This document shows positions 36,502 to 45,090 of a stretch of DNA of 64,000 nt, one piece after another. Within the stretch, counting starts at the first letter, position 1, and each line of letters begins with the position of its first letter. The stretch is from Minisyncoccota bacterium (GTDB lineage: Bacteria > Patescibacteriota > Minisyncoccia > Phycocordibacterales > UBA9973): NCBI GenBank assembly GCA_041675045.1, contig JBAYUP010000001.1, positions 24,094 to 88,093 on the forward strand, in the 5' to 3' direction. Below the pieces are notes generated by a model, which ran no database searches, was not told where the DNA came from, and saw only the letters and a program-made list of their open reading frames with translations. Both the position numbers and the translations under genes were made by a program.

Positions 36502-38001
36502 ATGGAAACAAATTCACACAAAAGAAGTAGGGCATTTATTATAACGTTCATCGCGGTTATTATTCTTTTAATTGTTGGGTACTTCCTTCTCTTCAAAGAT
36601 GGTGGTGTGTTTAGCACAAAGGGAACTTCAAGTGAACAAAAGAGCTTCTTTCCCCTCCTTGGTTCATCAAAGAAAAAAGCAGAGAAAGTTGAAACTCCAA
36701 CTGCACCAGATGGAACACCAATCAACACAGAGACAACAGTCGACGGCGCAGTGCCACTTTTTAATCCAGTCCCTGGCCCAAACGGAAAAGAACCACGTGT
36801 AACTCTCTCTGCAACACCAAAAATCCTTGATGCAAAAGGCGGAAATGTAAAACTAACATGGAAAGGAGAGAATGTGTCCTCATGTATCCCGAGTTGGACA
36901 GGTAAGCGAATTGCTCAAACAAGCGGAACATCAAACGAACTCACTGTTAAGAAAACGAGACTATTTTCAATTGCATGTACAAACGGAATCACAACAACAG
37001 GAGCCACTGTTCAGGTATCTGTAGTGGGATCTTCAACGCTTGGTATCGCACTTTTTGCGAATCCAGATGTTCTCGATAGCGCCGGAAAAGTAAAACTCTC
37101 ATGGACAAGTAATAATTCAGTCAAAGCATGTACTCCGAGTTGGACTAATCGAAAAAATGACTCTGAGGGAGATGCGACAGTCACGGTGAATGAATCAAAA
37201 ACATTTTCAATCAACTGTACTGACGGCACAACATTTGAAATTGCCGAAGTTGATGTCATTGTCACAGAATTTTACTCAAACATTAGAGAATGTAATGACG
37301 GACTTGATAACGATGGAGACAAAACAACAGATATGGCCGACTCAAGCTGTCATACTGATTTTGATGCTACAAACGAGGCAACGTACAACCCTCGAATTAG
37401 TCCTGAATCAAGATCTCCAGTATCTCAAGCAGACGACCATTGTAAAGCACTCGATGAAAACCCTCTGAAGTTTACTGACGCAGAAAAAAGAGAGCTCGAC
37501 AAACTCCTCCGTCAATTCTACAGAGTGGCACCTAAACTCAAGACACAAGATGATGTCCTTGCTGAATATGGGGCTCGGGAAGGATATATTGATTTATACA
37601 AAGAAGCGCGAGACCTCACTCAGCAATGTTTTGGACAACGTTATCCTGTAGAGAATAATGTAAACAGGGTTGCTGTTGGTGCGACACCAAACTACACTGG
37701 CCCACAAGAAACAAAAACAAATCCATACTACCAGCCAGCAGGAATCATAAATTCACCAACATATATTACTGAGGCCTACCAAGATTCCAAGTTTAAAAAA
37801 TGGGAAAACAAGGTTATCCAACTTCACTTAGATGCTATTGCAAAACTAGATGTGAAAATCATAAATGCGACGACAAATTCCAAAAAGGCACTCTTTACTG
37901 CACTTCGTAATTATGAACAAAACAAACTTAATAACTTCACAGACCTTGCACGACGAAGAAATGAGTTCATCCGCATTCAAGAAATTCTCCAAATTTGGTA
38001 G
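36502..38001 (+). CDS. Membrane-anchored protein with tandem Ig-like Cys-pair repeats (499 aa)
   Basis: N-terminal transmembrane helix, two ~100-aa repeats (..KLTWKGENVSSCIPSW.. / ..KLSWTSNNSVKACTPSW..), and a Cys-rich C-terminal domain. Confidence 0.6.
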   Translation: METNSHKRSRAFIITFIAVIILLIVGYFLLFKDGGVFSTKGTSSEQKSFFPLLGSSKKKAEKVETPTAPDGTPINTETTVDGAVPLFNPVPGPNGKEPRVTLSATPKILDAKGGNVKLTWKGENVSSCIPSWTGKRIAQTSGTSNELTVKKTRLFSIACTNGITTTGATVQVSVVGSSTLGIALFANPDVLDSAGKVKLSWTSNNSVKACTPSWTNRKNDSEGDATVTVNESKTFSINCTDGTTFEIAEVDVIVTEFYSNIRECNDGLDNDGDKTTDMADSSCHTDFDATNEATYNPRISPESRSPVSQADDHCKALDENPLKFTDAEKRELDKLLRQFYRVAPKLKTQDDVLAEYGAREGYIDLYKEARDLTQQCFGQRYPVENNVNRVAVGATPNYTGPQETKTNPYYQPAGIINSPTYITEAYQDSKFKKWENKVIQLHLDAIAKLDVKIINATTNSKKALFTALRNYEQNKLNNFTDLARRRNEFIRIQEILQIW

Positions 38002-38047
38002 TTTTCCTCTGCAAGAAGGATGAAAAGGGGATTTCTTATTTAAAAAT

Positions 38048-38056
38048 TGGTATAAT
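38048..38056 (+). promoter_or_regulatory. Extended -10 TGGTATAAT immediately upstream of leader element B
   Basis: It ends 10 nt before the 5' arm of the inverted repeat, so a transcript would begin about at the arm. Confidence 0.45.
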
Positions 38057-38066
38057 AATCGAGTGA

Positions 38067-38216
38067 ATCCCGTTAGAGATTTTTTATGTCATATATGTAA
38101 CGGGAGGTGCATTAGCATACTTATTAAAATTATTGTATTTATTTAAAATGTATACGCCCCATGCAAAAATTGGATAATTTTAGAAAAAAAAACGATGGGG
38201 CTATCTCTAACGGGAT
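38067..38216 (+). promoter_or_regulatory. Inverted-repeat leader element, copy B: 5' arm ATCCCGTTAGAGAT (38067-38080), 3' arm ATCTCTAACGGGAT (38203-38216); the ATG at 38215 overlaps the 3' arm
   Basis: Perfect 14-bp inverted repeat around ~122 bp of AT-rich sequence. An internal partial arm GTAACGGGAGG lies at 38097-38107. Confidence 0.7.
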
Positions 38217-41142
38217 GAAGAAAATTCTACCGTATATATTTTTTATTGCGATATGTGTGAACATATTCACGCCTTTTTCTGCCATCCAATCAACTCCTCT
38301 CGTTGCTGAGGCAGCTCTTGATACAACCCTTGCTGGATATCAAAATGCATTCAACAAAATTAAAAGTGGTGTCACCCTAAATCAATCAGCAGTAACGTCA
38401 GCTGGTGGGATTATTGCTGATTTTCATATTGTTCTTGATACAGGATTAGCGTTGGGGGCAAACACAGAAGATATATATAATCACGTAGAAGCTCAAGGTA
38501 GAAATTTTGGAATCGGAGACACCGGCACTAATTTATACAGCACAAATGCTTTTGTTCTTGTTGTGAAAGACGCACTAACTGGACAAGTGGGTTTTGTGGA
38601 CGTCACACCTCGACTAATGATTGATGGTTCAAATAAAAGCTTGGCGGACAAAAGACCAAATGGGCCAGTCCGAAGCGAAACGGATGTAAGTATCAGCACA
38701 AGTCAATTCCCCCAGCTTACTCCTGGTAAAGACTACACCGCGACACTTTACTACCAAGCAGCTGGTGGAATAGGAAGTGGAGAGGGTAAAGGATATGGTG
38801 AATCAATACCAGGGTTATCTTCAAACAAAGACTACTTTGCAATTACCAGCCCGACCCCCTTCAAGACAGCAACCCCAACAAGTGGTGGCGGGACAGGAGT
38901 TGAAGGAACGCTCGGTACTGGTAAATCGACAGTAGTTGATTCCCAGGCTTCTCTTGATCCAATGCCAGGGTGTTCGATACTCGGAATGGGAGACGAGAAT
39001 GGATCAATTGTTGGATGCGCAGCTCAAATAATATATTACGTTATCTTTGTTCCAACATCATATCTCTTTGCGCTTGCCGGTCAATTTTTCGACTGGACAT
39101 TTGCATACTCTATTAGCGATGAATCATATCGAATTCCTTTTGTTGTTCAGGGGTGGGGAATCCTCCGTGATTTCGTTAACATGTTCTTTATCTTTGTTTT
39201 GCTCTATATTGCATTTCGTACAATACTCGGTGTTCATGGTGCAAAAACAAAAGACTTAATTATAAATGTCATCATTATTGGTCTTTTAATAAACTTTAGT
39301 TTATTTACAACACAAGTTATTGTTGATGCTTCAAATATTTTAGCGAGAGTATTCTATAGCGATGATGCCATTAGACTTACAGAGGGTCAGAATCGTGGAG
39401 CACTTGATGCAGCAGGAACAACAGCGGGTCCAAATGGGGAAATCCAATTATCTGCTGCCCTCATAGATAAGGTCAACCCCCAAAATCTTATCTTAAATTC
39501 AAAAAAGGTTAATGACTTCGGAACAACAGGAAATGATGTCGCCCAAAATAATAACGAAGATAGCGCAAACAGCATTGGAGCTGGGTCATTTATCTTAATC
39601 ACTATCCTTGCTATCGCTATTAATATCGTTGGCCTAATAACATTCCTCTCTGTTGGACTTATTTTCGTTGCTCGCGTAATCGGACTTTGGTTTGCGATGA
39701 TTTTTGCACCTATTGCATTCTTTAGTTATACCGTGCCGAGTCTAGCGAATAACAAAATATTTGGCATCCATCACTGGATTGAAGAGCTTTTAAAAATGGC
39801 ATTCTTGGCACCAATATTTATATTCTTCTTGTATCTTATCTTGCAATTCCTTGAGGGTCTTAATTTTATAAACCAAGGAGACCAAACAGGGGTGAAGTGG
39901 GTTATCGCTATCGTTGTACCGTTTATTTTCATAATGGTTCTTTTGCAACAAGCAAAAAGTATCGCACAAAAACTCTCAGGGGAACTCGGACAAAGAATTA
40001 CAGGGGCGCTCTCCACTGTTGGTGGTGTTGGACTTGGACTTGCAACAGGTGGCGCTGCCCTTGCAATGAGAGGGTCAGTTGGTAGAATCATGAATAAGCT
40101 AAACACAAATGACACACTAAATAATTGGGCCTCTGGAAAAACAGCGAGTGGTAAGGCAATGAGCGGAGGGCTAGGCTCATGGGCACTTCAAAGAGCGGCT
40201 ATTCTAGGAAAGAAAACTACTACTGCGGGAGCTAAGGGAAGTTTTGATTTCCGACAAACAGGATTAGCTGGTGGTATGTCTGGTGCACTTGGTGTCGATA
40301 TGGGCAAATACACAAACTATGTCGGACTTGGGACAAAAAGTGGGCTTGGCGGATATGCAAATGCACAGGCAAAAAAGATTGAGAAAGAAGAAACATTTGC
40401 AAAAAGTCTGGGATACGACCACGCAAAAGATCATGCCTTACAAGAAAAAATTGATGCTCGTAAAAAAGCAATTACTGATGCTGAAAAAATTCGTGATATG
40501 GCAAAAGCAACACTTACTGCAGATCCAAATAATGCTGAATCCAAAAAATCTTACGCGACAGCTTTGGCAAATGTTACCGCACTTAAATCTGGAGGCATGT
40601 ATGTAAATGATGCTGGAATTAAGCTAAACATAAAAGAAAGTCTCGCTGATTTTGAAAAAGCACAGGCAACTAACAAAACTGGTCGTGAACGAGAATTTTA
40701 TCTCTATAAACGACGACAATCTGGAAAAATCTACAACGAGAGTCATGGATTAAAACGTGACAGTGAAGATAACATAACTTCATTTGGCCACCCAGTATCA
40801 AGTGGAGCACAAGCAGGTAAACAATTTGCCAAGGAATTTGTTGAAGGATTTGGAAAAGGAGCAGTTGCAGGTGGTGCTGTGGGTATGTGGGCTGGACCCG
40901 CAGGTGCAGTAGCAGGTGCTGGTGCTGGTGGATTATTTATGGCAGTTCGAAATGTAGTTAATTACAGTGGAACAACCAATAGAAAGATTGGAGAAGCCCA
41001 CAATCCAAAACCAGGAAAATTTGAAGATTCTTATAAGCCAGGTTCAGCGCCGGCTCCGTCTGGGGGACACGACGATCACGGAGCTGGGCATGACGATCAT
41101 GGGGGAGGACACGACGATCACGGAGGTGGAGGGCATCACTAA
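38215..41142 (+). CDS. Large polytopic membrane protein (975 aa): signal peptide, soluble N-domain, at least 8 transmembrane helices, Gly/Ala-rich and His-rich C-terminus; candidate VirB6/TrbL/PrgH-like channel subunit
   Basis: Topology and position upstream of the VirB3-like and VirB4 genes. Start moved to the ATG at 38215 (MKKILPYIFFIAI signal peptide) because the six-frame start at 38161 lies inside the leader element. Assignment by synteny and topology only. Confidence 0.5.
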   Translation: MKKILPYIFFIAICVNIFTPFSAIQSTPLVAEAALDTTLAGYQNAFNKIKSGVTLNQSAVTSAGGIIADFHIVLDTGLALGANTEDIYNHVEAQGRNFGIGDTGTNLYSTNAFVLVVKDALTGQVGFVDVTPRLMIDGSNKSLADKRPNGPVRSETDVSISTSQFPQLTPGKDYTATLYYQAAGGIGSGEGKGYGESIPGLSSNKDYFAITSPTPFKTATPTSGGGTGVEGTLGTGKSTVVDSQASLDPMPGCSILGMGDENGSIVGCAAQIIYYVIFVPTSYLFALAGQFFDWTFAYSISDESYRIPFVVQGWGILRDFVNMFFIFVLLYIAFRTILGVHGAKTKDLIINVIIIGLLINFSLFTTQVIVDASNILARVFYSDDAIRLTEGQNRGALDAAGTTAGPNGEIQLSAALIDKVNPQNLILNSKKVNDFGTTGNDVAQNNNEDSANSIGAGSFILITILAIAINIVGLITFLSVGLIFVARVIGLWFAMIFAPIAFFSYTVPSLANNKIFGIHHWIEELLKMAFLAPIFIFFLYLILQFLEGLNFINQGDQTGVKWVIAIVVPFIFIMVLLQQAKSIAQKLSGELGQRITGALSTVGGVGLGLATGGAALAMRGSVGRIMNKLNTNDTLNNWASGKTASGKAMSGGLGSWALQRAAILGKKTTTAGAKGSFDFRQTGLAGGMSGALGVDMGKYTNYVGLGTKSGLGGYANAQAKKIEKEETFAKSLGYDHAKDHALQEKIDARKKAITDAEKIRDMAKATLTADPNNAESKKSYATALANVTALKSGGMYVNDAGIKLNIKESLADFEKAQATNKTGREREFYLYKRRQSGKIYNESHGLKRDSEDNITSFGHPVSSGAQAGKQFAKEFVEGFGKGAVAGGAVGMWAGPAGAVAGAGAGGLFMAVRNVVNYSGTTNRKIGEAHNPKPGKFEDSYKPGSAPAPSGGHDDHGAGHDDHGGGHDDHGGGGHH
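41064..41139 (+). repeat. Tandem 21-bp coding repeat (CACGACGATCACGGAGNTGGG x3) encoding GHDDHGx repeats at the C-terminus of the VirB6-like protein
   Basis: Seen directly in the sequence: ...GGHDDHGAGHDDHGGGHDDHGGGGHH*. Confidence 0.7.
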
Positions 41143-41153
41143 AAAAATAAATT

Positions 41154-41939
41154 ATGGAACAACAAGAAGAAATAAAAAAAGCAATACAAGAAAGATTTGA
41201 AAACCTGCAACCAGAAATACAGGATGCAATTATGTCATCAAATTACGAAAAAGAACTTTATGACATAAGTCAAAAATATAAACTCAACATTGAACAAATG
41301 GGTCAACTTGAGCTAAATACAACTCTCGTTATGCTTGGGAACACTCATCCAGATGAATATGTAGATGAACTTGTTACTGATTTAAAAATAAAAAAAGAAG
41401 ATGCTCTAGCTATTTCAAATGACGTAAATGAACGCATTATGAAAAATATTCGTGAAATTTTAAAAAAAAACTTTGAAAAAGAAGATGAGGAGGAGAGTGC
41501 TTCTAAGGAAGTACCCGTACCACCTCAAAACCCCATTCTTCCGACAGAAGCAACCGTAAAAACGGAAACTGCATTAAAAACAAACCTCACCACCCCACTC
41601 CCAAAAACCCAATCAGGGATTCTTGCCAATGCTGGTATTGAAATGATGGAAGATATGAAAACAAATACAAAAGATGGCGAAGACATTTCAAAAAAAGAGG
41701 GTGGGGTTCTCTCAGAATCAGGAATTAATGTAATTGATGATGCTCCTCGTCCTTCATCACATGTATTCGCAAGTAATATGACCCGCAAAAATACCCTTGA
41801 TGGTATAGAAAACCCAACAAGAACAAACCCAAATATTGCGATGGAAAAACTTCAAAATCCAACAACAAGTACCCAATCGACAACAAACTACTCAATCCCT
41901 AGAATGAGTGGTGACCAGTATCGCGAGCCAATTGAATAA
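41154..41939 (+). CDS. Hypothetical soluble protein (261 aa), acidic and Thr/Pro-rich in the C-terminal half
   Basis: ORF within the T4SS-like cluster. Confidence 0.5.
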   Translation: MEQQEEIKKAIQERFENLQPEIQDAIMSSNYEKELYDISQKYKLNIEQMGQLELNTTLVMLGNTHPDEYVDELVTDLKIKKEDALAISNDVNERIMKNIREILKKNFEKEDEEESASKEVPVPPQNPILPTEATVKTETALKTNLTTPLPKTQSGILANAGIEMMEDMKTNTKDGEDISKKEGGVLSESGINVIDDAPRPSSHVFASNMTRKNTLDGIENPTRTNPNIAMEKLQNPTTSTQSTTNYSIPRMSGDQYREPIE

Positions 41940-41959
41940 ACGCGTGATACAATAGATAC

Positions 41960-42370
41960 ATGCAATTCAAAGTTCCACAATTCATAGATATTGAGGACAA
42001 ACTCTTTGGACCATTTACCTTCCGTCAGTTTGCCTATCTGGCAGGTGGCGCTGGGATGATATTTGTTCTCTATAAAGTCCTTCCATTTTGGATTGCTGTT
42101 ATTTTGATAATTCCCGTTGCTGGACTTGCACTTGCACTTACATTTTATAGAATCAACAACAAGCCTTTTATTTATTACTTACAAGCAGGTATTTCCTACG
42201 CTATCGGAGATAAATTATATGTATGGAAACAACGACTTGTAAAACCAACACTCAAAAAAGAAGAGCCCACTCCGACACCAAAAACAAATACCGTACCGAT
42301 GATGTCTGGAAGTAAACTTTCCGACCTTGCATGGAGTTTAGATGTAGAAACGAAAGAAAATAAAGAATAA
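41960..42370 (+). CDS. Small two-transmembrane-helix protein, VirB3/PrgI-like candidate
   Basis: 136 aa, two hydrophobic helices (FAYLAGGAGMIFVLYKVLPFWIAVILIIPVAGLALALTF), immediately upstream of VirB4 as in the conserved VirB3-VirB4 pair. Confidence 0.45.
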   Translation: MQFKVPQFIDIEDKLFGPFTFRQFAYLAGGAGMIFVLYKVLPFWIAVILIIPVAGLALALTFYRINNKPFIYYLQAGISYAIGDKLYVWKQRLVKPTLKKEEPTPTPKTNTVPMMSGSKLSDLAWSLDVETKENKE

Positions 42371-42451
42371 AAATGTTATACTTTATACTGTATCATTCAT
42401 CCATAATTAGTAACCTGCCTACCGGCAGGTAGGTTCGTAATTATTTTTCCT

Positions 42452-43090
42452 ATGGCACTAGACGCTCGAGCTACACAAGAATTTGTTCCAATCAAAGAAG
42501 TTCGCGATGGAATCATCGTCTTAAAAGACGGGGGACTGCGAGCTGTTTTGATTGCTTCTTCAATCAATCTATCTCTTAAATCATCAGACGAGCAAGTAGC
42601 GATCATTAATCAATTCCAGAATTTCTTAAACGGACTTGATTTCCCGACACAAATTGTTATTCAGTCACGACGTCTTGATATCCGACCATACCTATTGTTA
42701 CTTGAAAATCGCATCAAAGAACAGGTTGAGCCCCTTATAAAAATTCAAACTCGAGAATATATCAGTTTTATTCGTTCTTTTACAGACGAAGTAAACATCA
42801 TGACAAAAACATTCTTCGTTGTAGTGCCCTATACTCCAACAATCTTAAATACAGGGGGTGGGATAATCGACGGATTACTTGGTGGCAATAAACAGAAAAA
42901 TACTGGCAAACAAGGAGATGTCGCAGATTTTGAAGAAAAGAGATCTCAGCTTGATCAACGTGTTAACGTTATCACTGGTGGTCTTGGTGGTCTTGGTATT
43001 CGTAGTTCACAACTTAAAACAGAAGAGGTTGTTGAGTTATTCTACAAAACATTTAATCCTGGTGACATAAGTCAGGGTATTCAATTATAG
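42452..43090 (+). CDS. VirB4/TrbE/CagE family ATPase, N-terminal domain encoded as a separate ORF (212 aa)
   Basis: N-terminal pattern FVPIKEVRDGIIVLKDGGLRAVLIASSINLSLKS matches the characteristic VirB4 N-terminus (..DGSl.avl.v.G..f.l). Stop TAG at 43088-43090, followed by leader element C. Confidence 0.6.
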   Translation: MALDARATQEFVPIKEVRDGIIVLKDGGLRAVLIASSINLSLKSSDEQVAIINQFQNFLNGLDFPTQIVIQSRRLDIRPYLLLLENRIKEQVEPLIKIQTREYISFIRSFTDEVNIMTKTFFVVVPYTPTILNTGGGIIDGLLGGNKQKNTGKQGDVADFEEKRSQLDQRVNVITGGLGGLGIRSSQLKTEEVVELFYKTFNPGDISQGIQL

Positions 43091-43098
43091 GTATATGA

Positions 43099-43222
43099 AT
43101 CCCGTTAGAAGTCGCGAACGCGTTATAATATAATGGATAGAAGTAATATGAAAATAAACCCAACAATTAAAAAAATAATTTCAGTAAGCTGCGAAAAGAT
43201 CGCGCTCTACTTCTAACGGGAT
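43099..43222 (+). promoter_or_regulatory. Inverted-repeat leader element, copy C: 5' arm ATCCCGTTAGAAGT (43099-43112), 3' arm ACTTCTAACGGGAT (43209-43222); the ATG at 43221 overlaps the 3' arm
   Basis: Perfect 14-bp inverted repeat around ~96 bp, sitting exactly between the two VirB4 ORFs. TATAAT at 43124-43129 inside the element. Confidence 0.7.
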
Positions 43223-45062
43223 GAATATATTTTCATCATTTTTTGGCAAAAAAGAAACACAAACAACAGGACAATCTGGCCCGGCTGTTATGCCGGTACT
43301 TCCAACCGAAATCTACCGCGCAGCAACACTAGAACTGCAGGATATTATTGCACCTTCAGCTCTTCAAATTACGCCGAAGGCACTCAACCTGGGAGATAAA
43401 ATCACACGAACATTTTTCGTGATTTCCTATCCAAGATTTTTAACAGATAATTGGTTTTCACCAATTGTTAACCTTGATAAAGTTTTTGATGTATCAATTA
43501 ATATTCATCCTATTGAAACAGGGGATATTCTTCGCTCATTCCAGAAAAAGGTTGCTGAAGTACAAAGTCAAATTTCAATACGTGAATCAAAAGGTCTCGT
43601 TCGTGATCCAATGCTTGATACTGCATATCGCGATCTTGAAGCGCTTCGTGATAGCTTGATGCAAGCCCAAGAAAAAATGTTTGATGTTGGGTTATACATC
43701 ACCGTTTACGCCGACAATGATTCTGATTTATTTAAAATTGAAAGTGAAATCAAGTCATTACTCGAATCAAAGCTTGTTTATTTGAAACCAGCACTCTTCC
43801 AGCAAGGGGAGGCATTTAAAAGTGTTATTCCGCTCGGCATGGATATTCTTGGTATCCATCAAAAACTTAACACGGAGCCACTTTCAAGCTTGTTCCCATT
43901 TGTATCATTCGACCTTACTTCAGATAAAGGTATTTTGTATGGAGTAAATCGCCACAACTCAAGTTTGATTATTTTCGACCGCTTTTCACTTCCGAACTAT
44001 AATTCTATTACTTTTGCGACATCTGGTGCTGGTAAATCATATGCAACAAAACTTGAAGTTATCCGAACACTTATGTTTGATACTGAAGTAATTGTTATTG
44101 ACCCAGAACGCGAATATGAATATCTAGCTGAAGCAATGGGCGGAAGATATTTCAACATTGCTCTTTCTTCTGATCACCATATCAATCCATTTGATTTACC
44201 TATCCCAAGTCCTGATGAGACAGGAGCGGATGTGCTTCGCTCAAATACCATTAACCTTGTCGGACTATTCCGTATCATGCTTGGTGGGCTCACCCCAGAA
44301 GAAGATTCAATCATCGACCGTGCCATTACTGAAACATACGCGATGAAGGACATTACACCTAATTCCAACTTTGCAAACATTGAACCACCACTTCTTACTG
44401 ATTTTGAAATGGTTCTTGCTGGCATGGAGGGAAGTGAGTCAGTTATTCAACGTCTTGCGAAATACACTCGTGGGTCATGGTCATCATTCCTTAACCAGCC
44501 ATCAAACGTAGATATTAATAGAAAATTTGTTGTTTTCTCGGTACGCGATATGGAAGACGAACTGAAACCAGTGGCAATGTATATCGTAACTCACTATATC
44601 TGGAACGCTGTTCGCAAAAACATTAAAAAACGTCTCCTTGTGGTAGATGAGGCATGGTGGATGATGAAATCAGAAGACACTGCGTCGTTCCTTTATTCAA
44701 TCGCAAAACGAGGCCGAAAATATTACCTTGGACTTGCTACCATCACTCAAGACGTGGGTGACTTCATGAAAAGCCCGTATGGTATCCCGATTGTTACAAA
44801 CTCATCAATCCAGCTTCTACTAAAACAATCCCCATCAACAGTTGATACCCTCCAAAAAACCTTTAATTTAACAGACGAAGAGAAATACCTCCTCTTGGAA
44901 GCAAATGTAGGAGAGGGAATATTCTTTGCTGGTTTGAAACACGTAGCTGTTAAAACAGTTGCCTCATATACCGAAGATCAGATTATTACCTCTGACCCAT
45001 CTCAAATCCTAGCAATCAAAAAAGCTCGAGATGAACTCATTGCCTCTGGTGGTGTAAAATAG
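43221..45062 (+). CDS. VirB4/TrbE/CagE family type IV secretion ATPase, central and C-terminal ATPase portion (613 aa)
   Basis: Walker A FATSGAGKSYATK, Walker B LLVVDEAWWMM, conserved ..GLATITQD.. region. Together with 42452..43090 it totals 825 aa, the normal VirB4 length. Confidence 0.85.
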   Translation: MNIFSSFFGKKETQTTGQSGPAVMPVLPTEIYRAATLELQDIIAPSALQITPKALNLGDKITRTFFVISYPRFLTDNWFSPIVNLDKVFDVSINIHPIETGDILRSFQKKVAEVQSQISIRESKGLVRDPMLDTAYRDLEALRDSLMQAQEKMFDVGLYITVYADNDSDLFKIESEIKSLLESKLVYLKPALFQQGEAFKSVIPLGMDILGIHQKLNTEPLSSLFPFVSFDLTSDKGILYGVNRHNSSLIIFDRFSLPNYNSITFATSGAGKSYATKLEVIRTLMFDTEVIVIDPEREYEYLAEAMGGRYFNIALSSDHHINPFDLPIPSPDETGADVLRSNTINLVGLFRIMLGGLTPEEDSIIDRAITETYAMKDITPNSNFANIEPPLLTDFEMVLAGMEGSESVIQRLAKYTRGSWSSFLNQPSNVDINRKFVVFSVRDMEDELKPVAMYIVTHYIWNAVRKNIKKRLLVVDEAWWMMKSEDTASFLYSIAKRGRKYYLGLATITQDVGDFMKSPYGIPIVTNSSIQLLLKQSPSTVDTLQKTFNLTDEEKYLLLEANVGEGIFFAGLKHVAVKTVASYTEDQIITSDPSQILAIKKARDELIASGGVK

Positions 45063-45090
45063 TAATACGCTCATTGTTTCCACCTCGTAA

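Noticed and set aside
39047-40606. Short ORFs overlapping the VirB6-like gene on both strands
   Set aside because: Embedded in a long ORF with coherent transmembrane topology; chance frames.
43088-43221. Simple in-frame fusion of the two VirB4 ORFs by read-through or frameshift across the element
   Set aside because: Stop-to-start distance is 133 nt (not a multiple of 3) and the interval contains additional stops; a single-polypeptide VirB4 would need an unusual bypass, so two separate products are the simpler reading.
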